A stretch of 63,805 nt of DNA, the filler included, from Reclinomonas americana ATCC 50394 (taxonomy: Eukaryota): NCBI GenBank assembly GCA_048213135.1. It is 14 parts of 14 records of this genome, joined end to end, with 100 filler letters (N's around TTAATTAATTAA, not from the genome) between each part and the next. Parts side by side here need not be neighbours in the genome. Positions count along the whole stretch, not along the records: positions 11,737 to 19,578 come from AFZH01019175.1; positions 19,679 to 26,785 come from AFZH01019176.1; positions 26,886 to 36,126 come from AFZH01019181.1; positions 36,227 to 39,264 come from AFZH01019183.1; 10 more parts are not named here. One strand, written 5' to 3'. The notes under the pieces are model-generated. The model ran no database searches. It was not told where the DNA came from and saw nothing but the letters and a program-made list of their open reading frames with translations. Both the position numbers and the translations under genes were made by a program. This document shows positions 12,701-36,413 of this stretch, in pieces. The first letter of the stretch is position 1. Each line of letters opens with the position of its first letter.

Positions 12701-13319
12701 GCTGATAATTTGTTGCACCTTGAGGAAGTCTTCGGCGTGTGTGTATGTGTTTGTTTTGTCAGTGAGTGTGAGAAAACGAGTGTTTGTTTGCGTGTATGCG
12801 TGATCACATTGTACGCCTGTGTGAGACAAGACGTTGTGTTCGTTGAGAGTGTGAGGCAGTGAGTGAATGTGAGGAGAGCGCGTCGATGACTTGAGTACAA
12901 GTGTGCTGTTGAGTGCATTCGCATTCACTAAGTTGTGCCTACGTGTTGACATTGATGTGTGTGTGTGCGTGGGAGTGAGTGCGTGTGAGATAGCGAGTGT
13001 GTGCATTTGAGTGAATTTGATGCAAAAGTGTACTGAGCAGTAACTGTCTACCACCAATCTAACATTCTTCCCTTTCCCCTTGACTGTCCCTCACTCTTCC
13101 CCTTTTGCAGACTCCAACCTGGACGAAATCCTTCGCCTGGGCGGTGAGGACATTATTGCCGCCTGCATGCGCCGCTTCCCCGACGACCGCCGCCTGACCG
13201 TGTGCGGCAACGTGGCTCTGCGCAATCTGCGCAACCGCAAGTCGGAGCTGGAGACCAAGAGCAAGGCGGCCGCCGACAGTGATGCGGCGGCGGCCTCTGC
13301 GTCGGCGCCGCCGTCGTGA
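8035..13319 (+). CDS. Armadillo-repeat protein, multi-exon; 5' end uncertain (in gap, or ATG 7431)
   Basis: Repeated ARM-like units: KLVEHGGIRVAF, LVREKVLQALVANMQAHP, IARSGGIEPAVVSL, VARAGGVEGVVKVL...SSLANLS, IAKTGGIEAIV, ITKAGGVAASIEAL, LGGEDIIAACMRRFP...ALRNL. Ends at TGA 13317-13319. Confidence 0.88.
9300..10225 (+). repeat. (CTGT)n and (CTCTCG)n-type simple repeats in a large ARM-gene intron
   Basis: Low-complexity microsatellite runs flank the gap at 9866-9965. Confidence 0.9.
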
Positions 13320-13778
13320 GAGGCAAACAGAGATTCCTTGTTTGGTTGGGGCGAGTGAATGCATTGTTGTTGTTACTGATCGGGGGAGGTACATTTGCCA
13401 TCACGGTAATCGAGTCGGTGGGAAACAGAGATTCCTTGTTTGGTTGGGGTGAGTGAATGCATTTTTGTTGTTACTGATTGGGGGAAGTACATTTGCCATC
13501 ACGGTAATGCGAGTCCGTGGGAAACAGAGATTCCTTGTTTGTGTCGAGTGAATATACTTATCTTCCTGTTGATCGAGGAGGGTATCCGCGGGGTTGTGAG
13601 CACGTGAGTGGAGTGCACAGAGATTTCTTGTTTGGTGTGCATTGTTGCTGTTACTGATCGAGGGAGGCTTATTTGCCATGATACTTCACGTTGGGTCACG
13701 TGAGTGGAGGCAAAGAGACTTCTTGTTTGCTGTGCATTGTTGTTGCTATTAGTCGGGGAGGTACATTTGCCTGATATA
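13320..13778. repeat. Degenerate ~100-bp tandem repeat between convergent stop codons
   Basis: 4-5 copies of AGAGATTCCTTGTTT...TTACTGATCGGGGGAGGTACATTTGCCAT. Confidence 0.8.
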
Positions 13779-25908
<12,130 letters not shown>

Positions 25909-26504
25909 CTGCAAAGAGGGAAAGGGTGGTGGGTGGGAGAGGTGGGATAGGGAAGTGGGTGGGAAGGAAGAAGACAGAGAGAAGATGGAGAGGAGGAAGG
26001 GGGACAGAAAGTGGAATGAGAAAGGAGACGGGGAGCGCGTGTGAGCGAGGAAGGGAGTGGGAGGGAGAAGAAAGATAAAGTGTGGGACGGAGAAGTGACA
26101 GGGAGAGAAAAAGGAGAAGGATATAAGTGAGAGAGACGGTGTAGGTAGACAGCAATTAAGAATCAGATGGAGACAGAACACGGGATGGAGAAAAGAGACA
26201 GGAGGCGACAACGAGAAGGGAGAGAGGCAATGGGAAGCGGGAGGGGTGCAAGGAGGGAGAGGGGATACAAAGAGACACGAAGGCGAGGAGACAGGGAGGT
26301 GAGACGGAGACAGTGAAGGGAGTGGGTAGGAGAAATGAGACCAGGAGTGGGAAGGACGAGGGAGACAGGGAATGGATAGAAGAGCGGGCATATGGAGTGA
26401 GAAGGAAATGAGACAGGGAGAATGGAAGGATTGGAGACTTGGAGATGGGAAGGAGAAGGAAGAAAGAGGGCGATAAAGCATAGGAAGACAATCTCGCTAC
26501 TCCA

Positions 26505-26785
26505 CGTTCCTCTTGCTGTGCTCTCGTTCCTCTCGCTGTGCTCTCGTTCCTCGCGCTGCGCTCTCGTTCCTCGCGCTGCGCTCTCGTTCCTCTCGCTGCG
26601 CTCTCGTTCCTCGCGCTGTGCTCTCGTTCCTCGCACTGTGCTCTCGTTCCTCTCGCTGTGCTCTCGTTCCTCTCGCTGCGCTCTCGTTCCTCTCGCTGCG
26701 CTCTCGTTCCTCTCGCTGCGCTCTCGTTCCTCTCGCTGTGCTCTCATCCCTCTCGCTGTACTCTCGTCCCTCTCGCTGTACTCTC
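26505..26785. repeat. 20-bp tandem repeat CTCTCGTTCCTC(T/G)CGCTG(C/T)G
   Basis: About 14 copies running into the gap. Confidence 0.92.
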
Positions 26786-26887
26786 NNNNNNNNNNNNNNN
26801 NNNNNNNNNNNNNNNNNNNNNNNNNNNNNTTAATTAATTAANNNNNNNNNNNNNNNNNNNNNNNNNNNNNNNNNNNNNNNNNNNNCA

Positions 26888-29800
26888 GTGTCCCGGTGGA
26901 TATCCGAGTCTTCTTGTGGCTTCATCTTTTTTCGCTTCATCTGCGTATCGCTTCTCCACGATTGCACAATTTTGAATTTTACCACCTTGAGTGTCAAGCA
27001 ATCACACTCCTGCTTCTCTGCTCTGCTTGTGCAGCCACCAGAATGTGATCGGCATCTACGGCATTGTACCAGACTCTCCGAATGGACCAGGCTACTTGAT
27101 GGACTTTTGCGAGGGCGGTTCATTGTCAGACTTGCTATTTATTCGCAGCGAGCATCTCACCAATGTGGAGGTGAGCCTCGCAATTGCTCCTTTTACTTGC
27201 CGTGTGTTTATTTTTCACACTGGTTTCCCGCATCACAGCGTCTCGATTTGTGTATCGACGTTGTGCGAGGCCTGGTAAATTTGCATCGCCACGGCATTGC
27301 TCATCGTGATCTCAAACCGGAGAACGTGCTTTTGGATGCGCATCGCGTCCCTCGTCTCGCCGATTTCGGTCTTGCTGACACTGCATCAACCGCTGCACGG
27401 CTTACCGGTGCCGTCGGTACACCATTGTGAGTGACGTTCGTTGACGAGCAAGGTTTCTTGTTTTCTCACTTGCATCCGTGACAGGTTCATGGCACCCGAA
27501 GTGATGAATGCGGAGGTGAGGAAAAAATTAGACGTGTTACTTTGCTGATGTTGCTCTCCAGTCAACCGTGAATTTATTACGCTCCGCAGCCATACGATCT
27601 GCCTTCCGACATTCACTCTATGGCAATGATCATCTGGGTGGTTTTTGCATCCGAGCTTCATTTTGCGGGACTCGCACCACTGCCGGTGTGTGTATTTCGC
27701 ATATCTTCCGCCTTAATTGTCAACTAAAAGCAATCATCAGCTGGCACGGTGCATTGATCGCGGGGATCGTCCACCATTGACGTCGATTCCCTCTGATCTT
27801 CATGGCATTGTTGCTCGCTGCTGGGTGAGTTGTACGGTTGCGCTATTCCTGTTGTCTCGGTACATCTTGTTGCCATTTTTTCTTTGCAGGCACCGGCGCC
27901 GGCCGATCGTCCATTGAGTGTGGATTTGCTTGCCAGCTTGCTGCAAGTTCGTCAGCTCTGGCATCAAGAAGAATCCATTCGGGACAAAGAGCGTGACCGT
28001 GGAGAAGCACGTCGGCGACCGCGAATTTCAGCATGGACCGAAAGGGAGGAGGTCTTACGGCCGCAGCGACTACGAGAAGAGATCGCCGCGCAAGGAGTGC
28101 AACAGATCCAGGAATCAGGGTTGAGGAGGCGCGAAAACCAATCGGTTGCTGTTGAGCAAGCACGGCTCGCTCAGCGGGAAGCGGAAGCTCGGCGACAGCA
28201 GGAAGCAGATGACCTGCGCCGTCGAGAGGAAGCTGCTGCCCGTGCCGAAGCAGAGCGGTGGCAACAGGAATCGGAGACCGCACGTCAGCGACAACTGCAA
28301 GAGGCCTCTGCAAGAGCGGAAGATGAACAACGTCGACACCAAGAGAAGAATGTCCGCCATCCGGTTTGTATTGCTTCCACAGACGTGCAGGAACGCTGCA
28401 GTTGTATTGATCTTCTTGTCACAGCTGTGCAAGAGATGCGGACAGCCAGCTGTTCCTGGCCAGGAATGCATGCACCACTTTTCAGTTGCGTGGTGTAGAA
28501 ATCATATTCTACAATTATTCGCGCATTGTAGGCTCAAATCTTCTTCCCAGTGGGTATGTTTGCGTCATTCGTGGCACGCCTACGGTTGCTAACGCGTTGT
28601 GTACCTGGCGACAACGACGATTAATGCAGGCTGTGAGTATGAGCACATCTCGTCTGTGTATGTGTGTGTGATCTGCTGTGGCGAAAGAGAAAGTGTGCAT
28701 GTTTGTATGACTTTGTGCCTGTTATGTCCTGCAAACTGATGAGGGTGTGCCTTTACTGACGAGTATGTGGCTTGTGTTGTTTCCCACGCGCGCGGTTTGC
28801 AAACGGCGATGCTTGCATGATTAATGCAGTTTGTGAGTATGAGTACATACATGTATGTGTGCATACGTGTTTGAGTTGTACTTGTTGCGCGAGTTGTTGA
28901 GTGTGTGTTGATCGCTGACTACCTGTGGCATGTGCGTTTGTGTGTGGCGGGGACGATGGCGATGGATGAATGACGGATACAGCCAGTTAAGTATGTGCAC
29001 AAAAGTGTGGAGTGTGTGTGTTTGTGTGTGTCCGTTGTGGTTGTGCGAATGAATGGGTGCGTGTGTGTGTCCTTGGCTGACTGCTCGTATGGTCTGTGCT
29101 TTGTGTGTGATATCGGCAATGGCGATGGATGTATGATCAATACAGCGAGTTGAGTATGTGTGCGTGTTTCGGAGAGTTTGTGTATATGTGTATGTTGTTG
29201 TTCTTGTTGATTTGTGCGCACGGATGAGTGTGTGTGTGTGTCGTAGACTGACTGCTGTGTGGCCTGTGTTTGTTTGTTTGATTGACGACGACCATGGCGA
29301 TGGATGCTTTATGGCAGGTCGTGAGTATGCGTTTATTTGTGTTTGGCGAGAAGATATGTGATTGTCGTTGATTTGTCAAATGGATACGATTGTGTGTGTA
29401 TGTGTTTGTGCGTGCGTGTGCGTTGTCGACTGACTGCCCGTGTGTGTGTGTGTGCTTGTGTGTGTATGACGGCGACATTGGCGATGGATGCATGCTAATG
29501 ATACAGATGGTGACTATGTGTGTGTGGATTGAGTGTGTGTTTGTTGTTATTGTTGTTGTTGTTTTGTGCGAATCGATGAGTGTGCGTCGTCGACTTACTG
29601 CATGTGGTGCATGGATTGTGTGCGATCAATGCAGGATGTGAGTTCGTGCACATGTTTGTTGTTGTGCGAATGGATGAGTGTTTGTCGTCGACTGACTGAG
29701 CATGTGGCCTCTTTCTGTGTCTATGACGACGACAATGGCGTTGTGTGAATCATAATGCAGGTAGTTGAGTGTGTGTCTGTGGAGAGAGTGTGTGTTTGTT

Positions 29801-31017
29801 GTTGTTGTGCGAGTAGATGAGTGTTTCTCGTCGACTGATTGTGCGTTTGGCCTGTGTATTATATATGCAAATGGCGACCATGGCGATGGATGTACGGTGG
29901 TGTAGAGAGTTGAGTGTACATATGTGTTTGTGTGTGTGTGTTGGTGATGTACTATTGCGCGTGTGAATGGATGAATGCTGCGCCGTCGACTGACTTTGTA
30001 TGTGTTCAATGTGATTTGCTTGTTTGACGGCGGCAATGGCGATGGATGCACGATGAAACAGGGAGTTGAGTATCTGTGTGTGCATACATGTGGATAGAAT
30101 GCGATTGTGTGTGCATACGTGTTTGTTGATGTTGATTTGCACGAACAAATGTGTGTGTGTCGTCGACTAACAGTATGTCTGGTGTGTGATTGTGTATAAT
30201 TCGGTGACTATGGCGATGGATACGTGATGCAGGGAGTTGAGTTTGTATGTATGCGCGTAGAAAGAGAGAGAGAGCGTGTCTGTCGATGTAGTTGTGGTTG
30301 TTTGTACGAATGGATGGGTGCCTGTCGTCGGCTGACTGTGCGCTTGTGGCCGGTGTTTTGTTTGTATATGGGTGTGTGACTGTGACAATGACTATGGGTG
30401 CATGATATTGCAGGCAGTTGAGTATGCGTGTACGCGTGCGTGTGTGCTTGTTTGTTGCAGTTGTTTGCGCGAATGGGTGTGTGTTTGTCGTCGACCGACA
30501 GAGTGTGTTGCCTTTGTTGTTTGGGGGGTGTGATGGCGACAATGACGATGGATCCATTATAAATACAGCAAGCTGAGTATGTATGTATGTCTGTGTATCT
30601 ATTGAGAGTATCTGTTGTTGTTGTTGTTGTTGCTAATGTGTACATTTGTGAATCTGTATCTTCGACTGACTGTACATCTGGCCTGTGTTTTGTGTATGAC
30701 GGCGACAATGACGTTGGATGTATGATCAATGCAGTTGGTGAGTATGTGTGTGCATGCGGGTGGAGAGTGTGTTTGTTTGTGTGTGTATGTGCGTAGTCGT
30801 TGTTGTTTTGTTTTGTGCAAATGGATGTGCGTGTATGTCGTCGACTGACTGTGCTATGGCCTATAATTGTGTACGTGACGACGACAATGACGATGGATGT
30901 ATGATCAATACAGCATGTGAGTAAATGTGCAGATGTGTTTGTGTGTCTGTGTGTTTGTTGCCGTAATCTGCGAATGAATGAGTGCTTGTCGTCGACTGAC
31001 TCTGCGTGTGGCTTGTG

Positions 31018-31059
<42 letters not shown>

Positions 31060-31174
31060 TTGTGTGTGTGTATGTGTGTGTGGCGGCGACAACGGCGGCG
31101 AATGCGTGATTATGCAGCGAGTTGAGTGTGCATGTACGCATGTGTGTGTGGCTAAGAGCTGGTGCATGTGTGTC

Positions 31175-31244
<70 letters not shown>

Positions 31245-33425
31245 GATATGTGCGAATGGACAAGCGAACGTCGTCGACTGACAGTGCATGTGGTTTGTTT
31301 TGTGTGACGATCTAAATGTGACGATGGATGCGTAATTATGCAGGGAGTTGAGTCTGTGTGTGTCTACATGTGCATGCATGCGTGAAGAAAGACGGATAGA
31401 GAGAGAGAGAAGAGAGAGTCTGTGCGTGTTGTTCTTGTCGTTGTTGTTTTGTGTGAATTGGCTTGCGTATGTGTCGTCGACTGACAGTTTATGTGATCTT
31501 TATTTGTGTTTGCGTGCCGACGACGACTCTGATGGTCCCATGGGCAAACAGGGAGTTGAGTATATGAGTGTATGCGTGTGGAGATATCGATAGTGTGTGT
31601 GTGTGTGCAAGTGTGTTTGTGTGCGTGTGTGTGTTTGTGTTTGCTGTAGATATGTGTGGATGGATGAGTGTGTGGCATCCACTAACTGTGCATATGACCG
31701 CTGTGTGTGTGTGTGTATGTGCTACGACGACAATGGTGATTGATGGATTATGATGCAGTGGGTGAGTGTGCGTGCACGTTTGAGCGAAGAGTGGGGACAT
31801 GTGTGCTTGTTGCTGTTGTATTATGCGTACGCATGAGCGTTTGCTGTTGACTGACCATGTTCGGCCCTGTGTTTCTGTGTGTGACTGTGACGATGCCGAT
31901 GGATGTACGATCAATGCAGTATGTGAGTATGCGTGTGTTTGCGTGGAGAATGTGTGTGTGTGTGTTTGTTGCTATTGTATTGCGTGTGTCGTTGACTGAT
32001 TGTGCATCTGGTCTGTGTGTATCGATGACAACGGCTATGGATACTTCAGGGAGTTGAGTATGCATGTATGTGGTAGACAGAGAAGAAGAGTGTGCGTGTG
32101 CGTTTGTAGTTGCTTGTGCGTATGGTTGCGTATGTGTCGTCGACTTACTGTGCATGTGGCCTGTGTTTCTGTGCGACGGCGGTAATGGCCACGGTTTCAC
32201 GATGATGTAGGATGTGAGTATGCGTGCATGTAGATGAATGTGGAGTGTATGTGTTTGTTTGTTGAATTGTTTTGTGTGGATGGATGAACGTGACGTCGTC
32301 GACTTACAGCGAAATTGGTTTGTGTTTTGTGCGCGTATGTATGTGTGTGTAACGACGACAAATGGCAATGGTTGCGCAACGATGCAGGGAGTTGAGTATG
32401 TTGTGTGTGCGTGCGTATGTGTGCGTGTTTGTTTGTGTTGCTTTATGTGCATTTCGATAATTCAGAATGTGTGCTGTCGACTGATTGTGCCTGTTGACTG
32501 TGATATGTTGTGTGTGTGTGTGTGTGTGACGGCGACGATGGCGACGGGTACATGATGATGTAGCTGGTGATTATGCGTGGGTTACTGTATGTGTGTGTGC
32601 ACTCGTATGTGTGCTGCGGTTGTTGCTGCTGTTTTCTGCGAGTTGTTGAGTGTGTGTCGTCGTCGACTAACTGTGCATGTGGTTTGTTGTTGTATTCTTT
32701 GCGGTGGGTGCATGAATGTGCAGCAAGTTGAGTTTGCATGTTTGTTGATGTTGTGCTGTTGGAGTGTGTGTCGTTGACTGACTGTGTATGCGGTTTGTGC
32801 ATTTGTTTGCCACTGTGGTAATGACGATGGATGCGCGATGCTGCAGGGAGTTGAGTATGGATGTTTGGAGTGTGTGTTTGTGTATGTGTGTGTGTTCGTA
32901 CGACAGCAATTGTTGTTGTTTTCTTGTGCACACGAATGTGTGTCTACCGTCGACTGACTGCACGTTCTCTACTATTTTGTGTGACACGGCGTCAATCGAT
33001 TGATACACGATGATGTAGGATGTGAGTACGTGAATGTGTATACGTGTTAGTATAGATACATTGTCGTTGTCGCTGTGGCAATGGATGAGTCTGTCTCGTC
33101 GACTGACGGTGTATGTGCCTGTGCTTCATGTGTGACGGCGGCGACGGTATCAACTGTATGATGATGTAGTTTGTGAGTATATATGCAAGTATGTTTGTGT
33201 ACGTGTGTGTGTTTGTTGATGTTGTTTGTTCGACTGACTGCGTGTGGCCTGTTACTGTATGCGTTGCGGCGAAAATGGCGATGGATGCATGATTCATGCA
33301 GGGAGTTAAGTGTGCGCGTGTGTTTGTCATTTTTGCAATCGAGTTTGTGCAAATCGATGAATGTGTGTATTGTCGACTGACTCTTGCTGTGATTGGGCAG
33401 CCGGTTTGTGCTGCGTCCAATCTAA
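26888..33425 (+). CDS. Protein kinase (TKL-like) with coiled-coil tail and a proposed 29-micro-exon C-terminus; N-lobe in gap
   Basis: [66 protein letters not shown] and RCW...DRP span 27035-27960, followed by an E/R/Q-rich coiled coil to ~28350. The kinase call is secure; the extension through 28554-33425 is inferred. Confidence 0.85.
28554..33400 (+). repeat. Degenerate ~165-bp tandem array (29 units), each unit read as an intron plus a 3-nt micro-exon
   Basis: Each unit has GTCGACTGACTG ... GACGGCGACRATGGCGATGGATG ... YAG-NNN-GT(T)RAGT separated by TG-rich variable spacers. Unit spacing is 123-226 bp. Confidence 0.9.
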
Positions 33426-33463
33426 TTCGCCTTCTCTAGCTTACTGAACGCAATCTTTCATGA

Positions 33464-36126
33464 TCATGGTGGCCAGTTCAACAAGGTGTGCAGATGCTCT
33501 TCGTGCAACAGTGCCGAATCAAATTGCTGACGTTCGCGGTAGATGGTATTTGTAGTGCACAGCGCAGAAAATCTGTTGATGTCCTTATCCGCAAATAATT
33601 CTTCGCGTAGATGGCATGGATGTTGCGAATGCGTGCTCAAAAGAAACTGGTATAATTTGTGAACATCGTGTGTGAAGTAATCACTTCTGACTGCTGCTAC
33701 TGCTCCTTTCAGCCCTACATGATGTGGACGTGCTGCGGCTCGACTGATCTCCACGCGCCTGGATGCTTGCCATCCTCTGCACACATGCCTTGATGTTGGT
33801 ATGTAACAACAACTCCCAACTCGTCACAAGTCGATTGCCGCGTCTCGGAAGGACGTGTTTTCATGTTGCCGTGTGCTCATAGGTGCGGCTGAAGCATACG
33901 TGCGTAGGGTAATGCAATGCTCACCCAGCGTACACTGCGAATCTAATTCTACGCAAATGAATGGCGACAATCTGTGGACATCAACAGAGCTGCAGCTGGT
34001 CGACGTTATTGATCAGTGAACTGTATGTAGGCGAGGGGGAAGAGGAGACCGTCACAGACGAAGAGAGTGTAAGGTGAGCGGGTGGAGAAAAGTTGACATG
34101 TGAAAGGAATGAGGGGTGATTTCGATGCTGGGGGAAAGAGGGGAAAGAGCGAGGCTCGAGGGGAGAGTGGATGCAACGGGGCAAAGGGGTGGATGTGAAG
34201 AGAGGACGAGAGTGAGCCGACATGTGGAAGGAATGAGGGGATGATTCTGGGGGATCGAGGAAAAAGAAGCGAGGAGATCCTTGGGAACGAGGGAGGATGG
34301 GTGGACAGAGGGGGGGCATGATGGATAGTGGATACAGAGAAATGCTTGTTGGTGAGTTGTGTGATAGATGTGGGGAGAGTGTGGGATCAGTGGATGGGAA
34401 CGGTTCGGGAATGTGGGGCGAGTTGATGCAGTATAACTGAATGTCTTGTGAGTGGGTGCTGAGAAGGGAAGTGGGGGAAAAGTCAGGGGAGGAAACGGGA
34501 AAGGGAGTGAGGGCAGAGGTAAGTCGACACGAATGAGGGAATCAAGGGTGAATAGACAGACGCGAATGAAATTCAGATGACTGCACTGACAGCGAAGGTG
34601 AGTGGAGATGGGATGACTGAGTGAGTGAGCGCGTGAAGGAGACGAACTGACAGGACGAGCCGAGGTGGGCGAGATGCACGATCGGAGAATGAGATGGGCG
34701 AGTGAGTGAGTGACTGGCGAGGATGGTAGACTGCATGCACATCAGAATTGTAGGGGAGTGGATACTCGTGGAGGGAGTGAGAGAAAAGTATGAAGAGGCA
34801 TGACTGTGAGGTGACACGCATGGTGGGCGGAGTGAACATCGACAAGGGGGAGGGAATGAAAAGTGAGTGGGTGGCAAAGTCGGATGAAATGAGAGGGAAA
34901 GCAGTGGATGCAAGGTAGCGAAGACAGTGGTTGGGATGATTTGAGTGCGTGTGAGTGCTTATGCGGGAGGGTCGATGCGGGAGGAGGAGGAAGAGAAGGG
35001 AGATGGAAGGACAAGAGAGGGAGAAGGAGAGAAAAGAAGAGATGGCAGTCGAGGTGAAGGATTGGAGAAGAGAGAGGGAAAGAGAGCAGAGAAAAAATGA
35101 TGCAGGTTGATGAAGGGTGAGATGAGGGGCATGGAAGGACAAGGGTGTGGGGCGATTGAACACAAGAGAGAAGAGATGGCAGTCGAAGTGGAGTGTTAAA
35201 GAAGAGAGAGACGGAGGGAAAGAGAGAGAATTGATGAAGCGTGATATGAGGGAGTGACGATGGTGGCAGCGTGAGGGGTGAGTTTATGCGTGGAAGATAT
35301 GTAAGGTAGGCGACATCATGAATGCATTTGAGAGTGAGTGGATGGAGAAGGAGGCGATACGAGACGAGATGCGGTGATGCAGAAGCAGGGAATGTGTTTT
35401 GAGATGATTGAGTGGATGTGTGAGTGGTGAGGACGGTGTGAGGCGATGCGTAATGCGGAGTGAGATTGGTGGGCGGAAGAGACTGGGAATGAGGAGTGAG
35501 ATGCAGAAATGAGAGAGGAGAGAGAGGAGAGGGAGAGACATGTACAGTGCGCGAAAGGGCGTTCCTATACTTGTACCTCAGTCCTCCCTCGGAGAATGAG
35601 AAGTGGGTGAACATGAGTGAGTGAGGATATTTGATGGAGAGAGGGAGGGTGAGAGATGGAGAAGCAGAAGTGGAGGTGCGGTGCGATGGGAATGTTGGGA
35701 GTGCATGAGCAAGAGAGTGGATGAGTATGAGAGTGCCAACTGTGAGTGAGGACGTTTGATGGAGAGAGGGAGGGTGAGAGAGATGGAGAAGCAGAAGTGG
35801 AAGTGTGGTGCGATGGGGATGTTGGGAGTGCATGAGCAAGAGAGTGGATGAGTATGAGATGAGCCAACTGTGAGTGAGGATGGTTGATGGAGAGAGGGAG
35901 AGAGAAAGGGAGATGGAGAAGCAGAAGTGGAGGTGCGGTGTGGGGATGTTGGGAGCGCATGGGAAGTGAGCGGATGAGTATGAGAGTGCCAACTGTGAGT
36001 GAGGATGTTTGATGGAGAGAGGGAGAGTGAGAGATGGAGAAGCAGAAGTGGAGGTGCGGTGCGGATGTTGGGAGTGAATGAGCAAGTGAGTGGATGAGCA
36101 TGAGAGTGCCAACTGTGAGTGAGGAT
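33464..36126 (-). CDS. Hypothetical protein, 3' exons; upstream part in CT-rich introns and the gap
   Basis: Terminal exon ...GLKGAVAAVRSDYFTHDVHKLYQFLL...HLHTLLNWPP* (33464-~33715) with upstream exon-like segments to ~34020. The large upstream region is pyrimidine-rich on the minus strand, like introns of the other minus-strand genes. Confidence 0.45.
35620..36126. repeat. ~120-bp minisatellite
   Basis: About 4 copies of GAGATGGAGAAGCAGAAGTGGAGGTGCGGTGCG...GCCAACTGTGAGTGAGGAT. Confidence 0.88.
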
Positions 36127-36413
36127 NNNNNNNNNNNNNNNNNNNNNNNNNNNNNNNNNNNNNNNNNNNNTTAATTAATTAANNNNNNNNNNNNNNNNNN
36201 NNNNNNNNNNNNNNNNNNNNNNNNNNTTTTTCGCACCAGATGATTACGGAGAATTCAGACTTCTTCTTCTTCTTCTTCTTCTCCTCCTCCTCCTTCCCCT
36301 GTTCTCCTTCTTCCTCTTCTCCTTCTTCTTCTTCTTCTTCTTCTTCTCTCTTGGTATCTTGGTATTCTCCTTCTTTCTCATCATGGATCGTCGCTGTTTC
36401 GTTCTCTGTTGCA

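Noticed and set aside
13320..13778. SECIS element for the TGA at 7425, if that gene were fused to the ARM gene
   Set aside because: GTGA...TGAT pairs are present, but with no convincing stem or apical AA. The region is a tandem repeat.
28554..33400. CRISPR-like array, centromeric satellite, or coding ORFs such as the long H/T-rich minus-strand ORFs
   Set aside because: Eukaryotic context, degenerate repeats and no cas genes. The ORFs are translations of TG-rich low-complexity DNA. A neutral satellite does not explain the invariant YAG-3nt-donor pattern.
35566..35595. Tiny exon (GGLRYK) of the minus-strand unknown gene
   Set aside because: Weak GAG acceptor and ambiguous donor, so it cannot be supported without cDNA.
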